Below, piece after piece: positions 19,810 through 28,746 of a stretch of DNA of 64,000 bases (its first letter is position 1; the number at the start of each line of letters is the position of its first letter). The translations under genes and the position numbers were made by a program. Source of the stretch: Candidatus Omnitrophota bacterium (GTDB lineage Bacteria; Omnitrophota; Gorgyraeia; Zapsychrales; Zapsychraceae). The notes under the pieces were generated by a model that saw only the letters and a program-made list of their open reading frames with translations, did not search any database and had not been told where the DNA came from. The stretch is from contig JAGQKV010000002.1 in assembly GCA_020429915.1 (NCBI GenBank), positions 256,061 to 320,060 on the forward strand. The letters are read 5' to 3'.

Positions 19810-20010
19810 AGGGGTTCCGTGTTTCACTACGGCCGGGATCCGTCCGACTGACGACGGGAGCAAACCGGCCGTCAGTCAATTCGCGGGCCCGCTCCGGCGG
19901 GAGGCTGCCCGTCAGGATCAGGCCCCGGGCCTCCATGTCCCGGAAAGGATAGTCGGCGTAATTGTCGGGCGTTTTGCTTGTCATGAATGAAAATGCCGCG
20001 GCAAGATTTT

Positions 20011-20406
20011 CTACGGATTAAAATACAATAGTTCCCAGATATGGCCGTCCGGGTCCTGAAACCCGTGTCCATACATCAGCGGGTGGTCCTGCGGCTGCGT
20101 ATACGTCTTGCCTCCGTTGGCAACGGCACTTTCCACCATTCGCTGAACTTCCTCCTTGCTCTCAAGAGTCAGGCACACCAGCACCTCCGTGTTCCGCGAC
20201 GTGTCACAAATTTCGTTCGGAGTAAAGGCCCTGAACTTCGGGTGCGTGACCAGCATGACAAACATATTCTCACCGACGATCATGCAAGTTGAGTGATCAT
20301 CGGTAAACTTCGGTTCGAAACGGAATCCCAGGGCCGTAAAAAAGTCGACGGATTTGGCCAGGTCGACCACGGGCAGGTTGATATAAATTTGATTAGCCAT
20401 AATCAT
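20011..20406 (-). CDS. VOC-family (glyoxalase/bleomycin-resistance fold) protein
   Basis: 131 aa; paired beta-alpha-beta-beta-beta modules typical of glyoxalase I-like proteins. Confidence 0.7.
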   Translation of the reverse strand: MIMANQIYINLPVVDLAKSVDFFTALGFRFEPKFTDDHSTCMIVGENMFVMLVTHPKFRAFTPNEICDTSRNTEVLVCLTLESKEEVQRMVESAVANGGKTYTQPQDHPLMYGHGFQDPDGHIWELLYFNP

Positions 20407-20424
20407 CCTTTCACGGGCGCGCGG

Positions 20425-20901
20425 TCATTCGCGGGCTTGCCGGATATCGTTGAGCACATTAAAAACGGTAAACACGACCACGCCGGCACAGAACAGGATC
20501 ATGCCCCACAGGTATTGCTTTTGAATCTTGCGCCGGATCAAGACGCTTTCGGAGATGTTGTCAGGATTGTACCAGACCTCTATTGTCTTACCTTCCGGAA
20601 ATTTGTCTTTATCGACGAATAATTCCGGCGAGACCGCATTCGACTGTAGCCGTCGGTCACCGACCGTGTACTCATAATTGATCGTCTGCTCGTAGCCTTC
20701 ATGGACCCGGTCGGTATTTTTTTTGCCGTCGAGTTTGGCGTCGGGGTCCAGGACCGTTCCGGTGGTTTCCGGCCAGCCGTGTTCCACATATTCCTTGTCC
20801 AGACCTGCGGCGCAGATCACGATAAAGTAAGCACATACGGCAATCACCACAGCGCCGGATATCAGCGGGCGAATCGGGACGGCTGGTTCCTTGGGGCTCA
20901 T
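20425..20901 (-). CDS. DUF3592-like membrane protein
   Basis: 158 aa; N- and C-terminal TM helices flanking a beta-rich segment. Confidence 0.5.
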   Translation of the reverse strand: MSPKEPAVPIRPLISGAVVIAVCAYFIVICAAGLDKEYVEHGWPETTGTVLDPDAKLDGKKNTDRVHEGYEQTINYEYTVGDRRLQSNAVSPELFVDKDKFPEGKTIEVWYNPDNISESVLIRRKIQKQYLWGMILFCAGVVVFTVFNVLNDIRQARE

Positions 20902-21253
20902 GCGTTTTAGTCCTCCTTTATGCGGAATTGTGTCTCCATTTTCTGATGGACCCCTGATGACGGAGGGTTAACGACGGGCATGGGAGGATTATAACGTTGA
21001 GGCGGGGTCAATGCAAGGAAAGCCTCTTGTCAGGATTGTTGCCGGTCCTGCAGGTTCACTGCATTTGCTCTCTTCTGTTAAGGACTGAGGTCGGGAGTTC
21101 ATCGTCCGCAGTCCCGCTTAAATCAGACCCACAAATGTCTTTACACGGGCCGGATTTGGGAATAGAATATTGCTCTTCCCCATTGAGGAACTTCCCGGAT
21201 ACACTATCCCCTCCTCAATTTCAGCACTAATATCAATTACAAGGATACGGACC

Positions 21254-21937
21254 ATGAACCGACTCTATCTATTTTTTACCTTAGCTCTCACTTTACTCCA
21301 GGCCGGCCCGGTGGGCGCGGAAGATGACTTTCAATACTGGATCCAGACACAGCTCAAGATCATCGACACCAAACGCGTAGATGTCAGCCTGTATGGCGAA
21401 GGCTGGTTTGTGAACGATGTCAGTGAGAACGGTCTCCAGTTCTACGCGGTCAAAGTGGCCTACAACATAAGTCCCAATCTCGACCTCGGGACTAACTACA
21501 GCTATCTGAGTCCGAACTCTACTAACAGTCTCTCAGGGGATTCCGAGTACACATGGCAACACCGGGCCGAAATCGAGATCAATCCCAAGTGGAAACTCAG
21601 GGACGGGCTCCGGTTTGATACGCGCAACCGCCTGGAATTCCGCTGGATCGAAGGCCACGGTTCGTACAACACCCGCTCCCGGCACCGCGTGCGGATCACG
21701 CTGCCGGTCAGCTGGGAGCGGATGGCGTGGTTGAACGGAATATATATGGACTCGGAATTCTTTTACAACTGGGCGGAAAACGATTATGATGAAAACCGTT
21801 CCGTGCCCATCGGCCTGAGCCTGCGGATCAACGAGCAACTGACCGTCAAACCTTTCTACATGATTCGCAGCACCAGCAGTCATAATGAGTGGACATCCCG
21901 GCACATAGTCGGAACTTACGTATCGTATAACTTTTAA
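21254..21937 (+). CDS. putative outer-membrane beta-barrel protein (DUF2490-like)
   Basis: Start moved to MNRLYLFF (AAGGAT Shine-Dalgarno site; the track ORF begins at 21170). Has a signal peptide and alternating aromatic beta-strand pattern, and ends in ...YVSYNF. It is the first gene of the plus-strand operon. Confidence 0.5.
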   Translation: MNRLYLFFTLALTLLQAGPVGAEDDFQYWIQTQLKIIDTKRVDVSLYGEGWFVNDVSENGLQFYAVKVAYNISPNLDLGTNYSYLSPNSTNSLSGDSEYTWQHRAEIEINPKWKLRDGLRFDTRNRLEFRWIEGHGSYNTRSRHRVRITLPVSWERMAWLNGIYMDSEFFYNWAENDYDENRSVPIGLSLRINEQLTVKPFYMIRSTSSHNEWTSRHIVGTYVSYNF

Positions 21938-21954
21938 ACCGACAGGAATCCGCT

Positions 21955-23370
21955 ATGAAAAAATGGATCGGTCTGATCGCGGGAATAACGGTTCCCCTTC
22001 TTATCTTGAGTTTACCCCGGGAGTCCATTCCCATTATCGGGCTGACGCTGGTTGAACAACGCCTGCTCGCCATCTTCAGCTTCGCCGTGATCTTTTGGAT
22101 TATGGAACCCATTCCGGTGTTTTCCGCGTCCGTGCTGATTATCTTTCTGCAGTTGCTTTTGATTTCGGACAAGGGGTTGATCTGGTTCCGGCAAAACCCG
22201 GATGCCGAAGGTTTCGGGACGCTTGTCCCGCACAAGGCCCTCTTTCATACCTTTGCCGAGCCGATTATTCTCCTTTTTTTGGGTGGCTTCTTTTTGGCCA
22301 TGGCGGCTACAAAATACCGGCTCGACGTGAATCTCGCGCGTGTGATGCTCAAACCATTTGGCCGCAAACCGGCGATGGTGATGCTGGGGATCATGCTGAT
22401 CACCGCGATGTTCTCGATGTTTATGAGCAACACGGCCACCACCGCGATGATGCTGGCCATCCTGGCGCCGGTGCTGGCCTTGTTCGACCCGGATGATCCG
22501 GCGCGGGTGGGCATCGCGTTGTCTGTTCCCTTTGCCGCCAATGTCGGGGGATTGGGTACACCCATTGGTACCCCGCCCAACGCCGTGGCCATGAAGTATC
22601 TTACAGGAGATATGGCCGTATCCTTCGGCGGCTGGATGGGGTTTGCGCTGCCCTATGTCGTCGTCCTTTTGTTGCTGACCTGGCTGATGTTGAGTATGAT
22701 GTTTAAGGCCAAATCGCAGGAAGTCCATTTGGAAATCAAGGGTCGGTTCATGCGCTCCTGGGAGGCGATTGCCGTATATTTGACGTTCGCCGGCACCATT
22801 CTGTTGTGGCTGTTCGGCAGTAAGATCGGCTTGAATTCCTATGTCGTGGCGCTGGTTCCGGTCGCGGTCTTCACGGCCAGCGGGATCATTACGGCGGGCG
22901 ACATGAAGAAGATGTCATGGGATGTGCTGTGGCTGGTATCGGGCGGTCTCGCCCTCGGCGTCGGTCTGTCGCAAACAGGTTTAAGTGAGCACTTGGTCGC
23001 CAGTATTCCGTTCGATCGGTTCCCGCCGCATCTGATTGTCTGCATGGCGGTCATGCTGTGTATCGTGATGGGGACCTTCATGTCCCATACGGCCACGGCC
23101 AACCTCGTGTTGCCCATTATCGCGGCTCTCGGGATGGGGCTGGCGTCCCTGGAACCGCTCGGCGGGACCAAGATGCTGGTCATCGCGAGCACCTTCGGGT
23201 GTTCCCTGGCGATGGCCTTGCCGATCAGCACGCCGCCGAATGCCTTGGCCTATGCGACCAATTTCTTTGAAACGAAGAATATGATCAAGGCGGGCCTGGC
23301 CGTGAACGTGATCGGACTGACCCTTGTGTTTGTCATGTTATTTGTGCTGAATCAGATCGGTTATTTTTAG
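21955..23370 (+). CDS. DASS/SLC13-family divalent anion:Na+ symporter
   Basis: 471 aa; two SNT motifs (SNTATTAMM...HTATANL) and hairpin loops characteristic of DASS transporters. Confidence 0.85.
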   Translation: MKKWIGLIAGITVPLLILSLPRESIPIIGLTLVEQRLLAIFSFAVIFWIMEPIPVFSASVLIIFLQLLLISDKGLIWFRQNPDAEGFGTLVPHKALFHTFAEPIILLFLGGFFLAMAATKYRLDVNLARVMLKPFGRKPAMVMLGIMLITAMFSMFMSNTATTAMMLAILAPVLALFDPDDPARVGIALSVPFAANVGGLGTPIGTPPNAVAMKYLTGDMAVSFGGWMGFALPYVVVLLLLTWLMLSMMFKAKSQEVHLEIKGRFMRSWEAIAVYLTFAGTILLWLFGSKIGLNSYVVALVPVAVFTASGIITAGDMKKMSWDVLWLVSGGLALGVGLSQTGLSEHLVASIPFDRFPPHLIVCMAVMLCIVMGTFMSHTATANLVLPIIAALGMGLASLEPLGGTKMLVIASTFGCSLAMALPISTPPNALAYATNFFETKNMIKAGLAVNVIGLTLVFVMLFVLNQIGYF

Positions 23371-23382
23371 GAGGAGCCGCGG

Positions 23383-24687
23383 ATGAACGGACTGGCTAAG
23401 AAGTATTTTTCCAAGGCCGACAAAATCGTCTTTCTGCAGAAAGGCGACTACCTGTTTCGCAAAGGCGAGCAGAACAACAATCTGTATCTGCTGCAATCCG
23501 GCCGCATGAAGGGCTTCGACCCCCAGGATCAGGGAGAGTTCTTTGAGGCCGAAAGCGGCGATTTTATCGGCCTGCACAGTTTCTTCTCGCTGGTGTCGAC
23601 GACGCGCATGAGCCTGATCGCCCTGGAAGACAGCGTGATTCCATACATCAGCAAGGGCGACTTCTCGCATGAAGATGCCGACGAGCTCAACGCGGATTTT
23701 ATGCCGGCCGTCATCTTCATGATGCTCAAGCGCCAGGAACAGGCGCATCAAGCCAGCCTGCGTCACCAAAAGATCCTCAGAGATATGCAGGAAGTCGAAC
23801 GCCTGGCCTCACTGGGGCAGCTTTCGGCGGGTGTGGCGCATGAATTGAACAATGCCATTACCGTTATCAGCCGCGGGAGTGACTATATCATTCAACAGGT
23901 CCTGGACCAGCTCAAGTGCAACTCTTTTGAAACCGAGATGATCAATGCCGGTCTCAGCCAGGGCCGGTATGTGTCCAGCGCCGAGGCCCGGAAAGTGGCC
24001 CGGGACCTTAAGAAATTACATCCCTCTTTTTCTGACGCGAAATTGCGTGATTACGCCCGCACCGGAATGGGCGAACGTCTGGCCAGCCAGCCGCTGGAAA
24101 CCGCCCAACGCGCCTTTAACCTGTGGAACCTTGGCGCTTCTTTGTATGACCTACAGTTGGCTGTGCAGCAGTCCGAGCACGTGATCAACTCGATGCGCAG
24201 CCTGGCCTCCACCAATGTCATCCGGCAGGCCGGTTGCGATATCAACAGCAGTATCCGCCACGCCGTATCATTGCTGAGCAATCCGTTGAAGAAAGTGACA
24301 CTTGACCTTCGCCTCGGCGAGATTCCCACGGTGTTCGGGAATTCCGCGGAGTTGTGTCAGATTTGGACCAATATCATGAAGAATGCCGCAGACGCCATGG
24401 CGGGTCAGTTGCAGAAGGATTCTCTGCTCACGGTGGCCACCGATGCTCCTGACGGCTACGTTCGGGTACGGATCAGTGACACCGGTCCGGGCATCCCGGA
24501 CGAGATTATCGATGAGATATTTAAACCGCACGTGACCACCAAAAAAACCGGCCAGACCTTCGGCCTCGGCCTGGGTCTGACCATTGTTCATAAAATCGTA
24601 AAACGTTATGACGGTGACATGAGCGTTGAAAGTTCCCCGGAGGGAACGACATTCACCGTGACAATACCATTCGGAGCAACCCTATGA
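23383..24687 (+). CDS. soluble sensor histidine kinase with N-terminal cyclic-nucleotide-binding (CAP-effector) domain
   Basis: 434 aa; cNMP-binding-like N-terminal ~130 aa, HisKA (LSAGVAHELNNAITVI) and HATPase_c (GLGLGLTIVHKIV); no TM helices. Confidence 0.8.
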   Translation: MNGLAKKYFSKADKIVFLQKGDYLFRKGEQNNNLYLLQSGRMKGFDPQDQGEFFEAESGDFIGLHSFFSLVSTTRMSLIALEDSVIPYISKGDFSHEDADELNADFMPAVIFMMLKRQEQAHQASLRHQKILRDMQEVERLASLGQLSAGVAHELNNAITVISRGSDYIIQQVLDQLKCNSFETEMINAGLSQGRYVSSAEARKVARDLKKLHPSFSDAKLRDYARTGMGERLASQPLETAQRAFNLWNLGASLYDLQLAVQQSEHVINSMRSLASTNVIRQAGCDINSSIRHAVSLLSNPLKKVTLDLRLGEIPTVFGNSAELCQIWTNIMKNAADAMAGQLQKDSLLTVATDAPDGYVRVRISDTGPGIPDEIIDEIFKPHVTTKKTGQTFGLGLGLTIVHKIVKRYDGDMSVESSPEGTTFTVTIPFGATL

Positions 24688-25172
24688 AAAAAGCCCATAT
24701 CATCCTTATCGACGATCAAATCGACGTCCTCTCCGCCCTCCTGCAGGATCTCAAACCGTTCCGGGAGCGTTTCATCCTTGATGACTGTCAATCGGCTGAC
24801 GAGGCCTATGAATTAATGGAAGAACTCGAGGTGTCGGGTGAACAAATTGCCCTGATCATTTCCGACCACATCATGGCCAACAAAAACGGTATCGAGCTGT
24901 ATGCCGATCTGGCCCATGACCAGCGTTTTGAAGACGTTCGCAAGATCCTGATTACCGGTCAGGCCAGTCATGAAGACACCATCGACGCCATCAACAATGC
25001 CTCCATTGACTATTATATTAGCAAGCCATGGAGCATTGAAGAACTTCACAAAGTCGTCCGGAAGATGATCACCCACTGGATTTTTGATCACGGACTGAAC
25101 CACAAAGACTATGAAGGGATGATCGACACGGACGTTTTGCTGAAACGCAGCAAGGCGGCCGGTGACCGCTAA
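24684..25172 (+). CDS. response-regulator receiver-domain protein
   Basis: 162 aa; CheY-like receiver domain (DDQIDVL...ISDHIMANKNG...ISKPW), short C-terminal extension without a DNA-binding domain; overlaps the histidine-kinase stop by 4 nt. Confidence 0.75.
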   Translation: MKKAHIILIDDQIDVLSALLQDLKPFRERFILDDCQSADEAYELMEELEVSGEQIALIISDHIMANKNGIELYADLAHDQRFEDVRKILITGQASHEDTIDAINNASIDYYISKPWSIEELHKVVRKMITHWIFDHGLNHKDYEGMIDTDVLLKRSKAAGDR

Positions 25173-25182
25173 ATCCGGACAT

Positions 25183-25222
25183 AAAAAAACGCGGACGCCC
25201 TACGGGGACGTCCGCGTTTGTT
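25183..25222. terminator. bidirectional rho-independent terminator
   Basis: AAAAAAACGCGGACGCCCTACGGGGACGTCCGCGTTTGTT: ~11 bp GC stem with A-run on one side and T-run on the other; sits between convergent genes 24684..25172(+) and 25234..25605(-). Confidence 0.65.
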
Positions 25223-25233
25223 AGTGATTCGAA

Positions 25234-25605
25234 TTACTTGCTGCCCTTCATCGAGCCGTGGGACATGTCATCCCCCTTCATGCTTCCGTGATGATCTCCC
25301 ATCATTTTTATATATTTTGACATCTGCTCTTCGTTAAGGATGGACTTCAACGTGTCCATATACTCCTTATCCGCGGCGGCAATCTTGTCCATTTTAGTCT
25401 GCTTGGCGGCATCCATTTTGGCGGCCTGGTCTTCGCTCAGACCCAGCTTGTGATGCCATTTGTCCATGTGCGCGGTCATTTTCTTGTCTTTTTTCATGAC
25501 CTTGGTATCGTCATCCCCGACCCCGCAAACCCCGCAATGCGCGTGGGCCGTTCCGCCGGCCATGATCAGACTGCCGACGATCATGACTATTATTTTCCGT
25601 TTCAT
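25234..25605 (-). CDS. periplasmic Spy/CpxP/ZraP-family-like protein with HCGVCG and His/Met-rich C-terminus
   Basis: 123 aa; signal peptide; two LTXXQ-like motifs (LSEDQ, LNEEQ); HxxxHH and GDHHGSMKGDDMSHGSMKG metal-binding-like tail. Confidence 0.55.
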   Translation of the reverse strand: MKRKIIVMIVGSLIMAGGTAHAHCGVCGVGDDDTKVMKKDKKMTAHMDKWHHKLGLSEDQAAKMDAAKQTKMDKIAAADKEYMDTLKSILNEEQMSKYIKMMGDHHGSMKGDDMSHGSMKGSK

Positions 25606-25771
25606 AAAATATCCTTTCCTGTTGGCTAAATTGGTTGGTAATAGACAGTCCCGCTGCCGGTCCGGCCGCGACCGTTCCCTGCGACGCCTCCGTCCTCAGT
25701 TGAAATGCGGATCCCCCATTATTCATGAAGGTTTGACCATTTCGCGCAGGTCACCTGAGTGACTATGCGGG

Positions 25772-25800
25772 ATTATAGCGTGCCCTTTAGTCTTTGGCAA
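25772..25800 (-). promoter_or_regulatory. candidate sigma70 promoter (TTGCCA-17-TATAAT, minus strand) upstream of the ZraP-like gene
   Basis: read directly from sequence; ~160 nt 5' of start codon at 25605. Confidence 0.3.
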
Positions 25801-25940
25801 GATGGATGCGGGATAAGCGATATACGGGAGGCTGCCATGCGGAGGTGCGTGAAAGCAGCACGGCCGAATCCCGTCCCCTGACGGGGGGCTGGGAACGGGA
25901 TGGCCGTGCTCCAGGCGGGAGTGCGTGCTTGTCAGGCTAG

Positions 25941-26114
25941 CTACAGATAACGGTAGTCCGCACTGACCAGCTGGCGGAAGTGGAGAAAACAGAATTCATG
26001 CGGGTTGTACATACTCAGACGCTTTCCGCAACCGGGATGGCGGCAGGTACGTTGCTGTGTTTTCGTCTTCCTGGGGGTGGTATGTTTCTTCGGTTTCAAG
26101 GTTGTACTGCTCAT
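25941..26114 (-). CDS. possible small basic zinc-ribbon-like protein (58 aa)
   Basis: sub-ORF MSSTTLKPKKHTTPRKTKTQQRTCRHPGCGKRLSMYNPHEFCFLHF... (C-x4-C-x12-C-x2-H); lies in the 30-nt gap-free slot downstream of 26144..26836; weak. Confidence 0.3.
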   Translation of the reverse strand: MSSTTLKPKKHTTPRKTKTQQRTCRHPGCGKRLSMYNPHEFCFLHFRQLVSADYRYL

Positions 26115-26143
26115 GACGCTCGATCCTTTCTGCTGACCGATCT

Positions 26144-26836
26144 TCAGGATAGTCCTTGCAGTTGTTCGAAAGCTTTGATGATCAGAAGCACATGCCGGAC
26201 TTCGGTGGTGTTCCGGAAGCGTTCGATCAGATGCGGTATATGAAGCAATTTTGCGATTTGGGCCACCATACGCATATGCATATACGGTGACGGCGCGCAT
26301 GGCACGAACATCAAATGGACTTTGTGCCCGTCTGTAGCTCCGAAGTCGATTCCGCAGGCCGAACGGGCGATAATCAACTTCGGAGTGCGAAAAAGCCGAG
26401 CGTTCGGGAATCGTGAGTGCGGAATGGCCACTCCGCGGCTGATCACTGTAGGTTGCAGGGTTTCACGACGCTCCAACTCCAGGTAAAATTCCTCGTAAGA
26501 AGTGGCTGCCCCGGCCGCGACGGCCAGCTTGGCCAGACGGGAAAGCGCCTTGTTCCGTGAGCCGGCCTCGCAATGCAGATCGATCAGCGTTTCGTCGGTA
26601 AGGTGTGATAGGGGAATCGGGTGGTCCGCTGAATGGATAAGCATGTCCAGATCCTGGTCCGGGGACTCTACAATCGTTTGTTGCAGCCGCAGGTCCGCGA
26701 CCGCCAGGGGTAAGAACTCCTGCTCGTCCCTGATTCCGCGACCGCCGGAGGTGGCTTCCGTTACCGGCGCGCGATGCTCGTGGAGACGAATATAGTCCGC
26801 CAATTCGCGGATGGTCATAATGGCATTGATCTTCAT
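26144..26836 (-). CDS. PTS EIIA type-2 (PtsN-like) domain protein with N-terminal putative HTH
   Basis: 230 aa; C-terminal EIIA-2 domain with His motif (GVAIPHSR); N-terminal ~50 aa resembles excisionase/MerR-type HTH (MTIRELADYIRL). Confidence 0.65.
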   Translation of the reverse strand: MKINAIMTIRELADYIRLHEHRAPVTEATSGGRGIRDEQEFLPLAVADLRLQQTIVESPDQDLDMLIHSADHPIPLSHLTDETLIDLHCEAGSRNKALSRLAKLAVAAGAATSYEEFYLELERRETLQPTVISRGVAIPHSRFPNARLFRTPKLIIARSACGIDFGATDGHKVHLMFVPCAPSPYMHMRMVAQIAKLLHIPHLIERFRNTTEVRHVLLIIKAFEQLQGLS

Positions 26837-26900
26837 GGGTATACCTGCCTTTTATCGGTTGATCAAGGTTGAATCGGCCAGTTCGGAAATCCGCGGCGGA

Positions 26901-27521
26901 TTACTTCAGTTGGCTGATGCGGCCCGGTGGCCAGTAAATCCATTCGGCGCGCCCGATGATGTTTTTCTCGGGTACGAATCCCCAGTAACGGCTGTCGGCA
27001 CTTGAGGCGCTGTTATCTCCCAGGACATACACCTGCCCCTCCGGTACCGTGACGGACTTTTTTTCATCACTGAGTGAGCCCATATTAAAATAGTGCTGAC
27101 CGGCAATACGCGGTTCGTCCAGTTGCCGGTCATTGACGTAAATATGTCCGTCCTTTATACGGACGGTTTCACCGCCGAAAGCGATTAGGCGCTTGATAAA
27201 GTCGCGTGAGGGATCCACGGGGTAGTCAAATACGATGATGTCCCCCCGTTCGGGTTTTCCGAAGCCCGGCAAACGGTACTCGGTTAAAGGTACCCGCCCT
27301 CCGTACCGTAGTTTATTGACGATCAACCGGTCTCCGATTTTGAGCGTCGGGTGCATCGAACCGCTCGGGATTTTGAAGGGCTGGACCAGGAATGAGCGGA
27401 TGAGTAAGGCCAAACCAACCGCGACCACCAGGGTTTCCGCCCATTCCCGAATCCACTTCCTTACTTTCGGAGGCACGCGCGCTATTGTCGCGCAGTAAAT
27501 TTGTCCCTTCTTATTTAGCAT
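26901..27521 (-). CDS. lepB: signal peptidase I
   Basis: 206 aa; N-terminal TM helix, catalytic Ser box SGSMHPTL, Lys box and GDNSASSADSRYWG box. Confidence 0.9.
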   Translation of the reverse strand: MLNKKGQIYCATIARVPPKVRKWIREWAETLVVAVGLALLIRSFLVQPFKIPSGSMHPTLKIGDRLIVNKLRYGGRVPLTEYRLPGFGKPERGDIIVFDYPVDPSRDFIKRLIAFGGETVRIKDGHIYVNDRQLDEPRIAGQHYFNMGSLSDEKKSVTVPEGQVYVLGDNSASSADSRYWGFVPEKNIIGRAEWIYWPPGRISQLK

Positions 27522-27552
27522 GCACTGTCCTGCTTTGTAGTTAGCCCGGCTG

Positions 27553-28167
27553 TTACGCCTTTTTGGGGATGCTGATCACCAGCCGGTCCCCGTTACGAGA
27601 GGTTTGCATTTTTTCCGTGTCGGCATCCGACGGCAACTGGACCGTGCGCATGAAACTGCCGAAGCTTTGCGATTTCATGAAGGCCTCCGGACCGGTCTCC
27701 TCTTTATCCTGCGACTGTTGACCGCTGATCGTCAGCGTTTGATCATGTATGGAGATATCGATCTTGTCCCGGTCGTATCCCTGGATGTCGAAGGTTATTT
27801 TGTAACCGGTGTCTGTTTCGTCCAGGTTGAATGAATTGTCGAAGACCATGCTGTTTCGGAACATGCCGGATCCCGCCGCGCTAAAGCCGGGGTTTGTAAA
27901 CGCATGACGAAACAAGCGGTTCATTTCGGCCTGCATGCGATCCATTTCGGCCAGAGGATCCCAACTGTTCTGATTTGGCGTGGCCAGCGGCGTCTGACCG
28001 ATCTGCGCGGGCGTGGAGGCCTCCAACTGCTCTACCTTTTCCTGCAACGCGGCTATTTGGGCTTGCAGGTCTTCAATGGTTGCGTCGGCGGCGAGGGCGG
28101 GTGAACCGGTCACGGATATCGCGGCCACGGCCGCCAAAAGGGAAATCAACAGGTTTGTCGCTTTCAT
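27553..28167 (-). CDS. Hsp20/alpha-crystallin-family small heat-shock protein with Sec signal peptide (predicted periplasmic)
   Basis: 204 aa; clear signal peptide (AISVTGSPALA/AD), coiled-coil segment, then the alpha-crystallin domain (DETDTGYKITFDIQGYDRDKIDISIHDQTLTISG...SFGSFMRTVQLP...GDRLVISIPK). Confidence 0.75.
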   Translation of the reverse strand: MKATNLLISLLAAVAAISVTGSPALAADATIEDLQAQIAALQEKVEQLEASTPAQIGQTPLATPNQNSWDPLAEMDRMQAEMNRLFRHAFTNPGFSAAGSGMFRNSMVFDNSFNLDETDTGYKITFDIQGYDRDKIDISIHDQTLTISGQQSQDKEETGPEAFMKSQSFGSFMRTVQLPSDADTEKMQTSRNGDRLVISIPKKA

Positions 28168-28553
28168 GATTTCACCTCCTGCTTATGGGGTTTATATTGG
28201 GTTTGATACAAGGCCCGATCAATCTTATGCAACAAGACATCGATGCCTTCGGATTTGTCAAAATAGTCCGTTGCCGCTTCCAAAAGCCGGCGTTGGTCGT
28301 CCACGGGATAAACACTCGCCACGATGACCGGAATCATGCTGTGAAAGCAGCTCAACACTTCATACAGCGTGTCGCCGTTGGGTTCGCCGATGTTGATGTC
28401 CAGCAGGACCAAGTCGATGCGGTCCAGTTTCATCTGTTCGCGGGCATCCACGACATTTCCCGCCTCAAGAACCCTGAACCCGCGAGGCTCAAGAAACCGG
28501 CGGTATATCCTGCGGATCCGGGCTTCATCTTCCACAATCAGAATGGTGCGCAT
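28164..28553 (-). CDS. single-domain response regulator (CheY-like receiver)
   Basis: 129 aa; ILIVEDE...LVLLDINIGEPNG...KS(E/P) receiver motifs; ATGA overlap with the Hsp20 gene. Confidence 0.8.
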   Translation of the reverse strand: MRTILIVEDEARIRRIYRRFLEPRGFRVLEAGNVVDAREQMKLDRIDLVLLDINIGEPNGDTLYEVLSCFHSMIPVIVASVYPVDDQRRLLEAATDYFDKSEGIDVLLHKIDRALYQTQYKPHKQEVKS

Positions 28554-28746
28554 CGCTATTCTCCTTTTTGGCAGCCTTGGGCCGGGGTTGTTGACTGAAC
28601 GACCAGCTTTTCCTGGTCACCGGACGGTTATCCGGTCGGGGGCAGGCCCCGTTTTCACTTCTAGGTATACCCGAATCAGGATCAAAGGACGGTTAAAATA
28701 AGATTAGAATTTTCTTATCTTGGGTGGGGGGCGCTGATCGTGCGGC

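Noticed and set aside
19796-19984. 62-aa ORF overlapping the 5' end of gene 19336-19809
   Set aside because: No Shine-Dalgarno site, it overlaps the neighbour, and its composition is unremarkable. Likely spurious.
25795-25812. Sigma54-like -24/-12 element (TGGCAA-N5-ATGCG) on the plus strand upstream region of the ZraP-like gene
   Set aside because: It is oriented away from all nearby genes, which are on the minus strand. No enhancer-binding-protein gene is in the window. It overlaps the better-oriented sigma70 -35, so it is probably coincidental.
28554-28746. Sigma54/sigma32 promoter upstream of the receiver-Hsp20-lepB operon
   Set aside because: Inspected for TGGCAC-N5-TTGC and for the heat-shock consensus. 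Only poor matches (TTGATC ... TATACC) were found, so no promoter was called.
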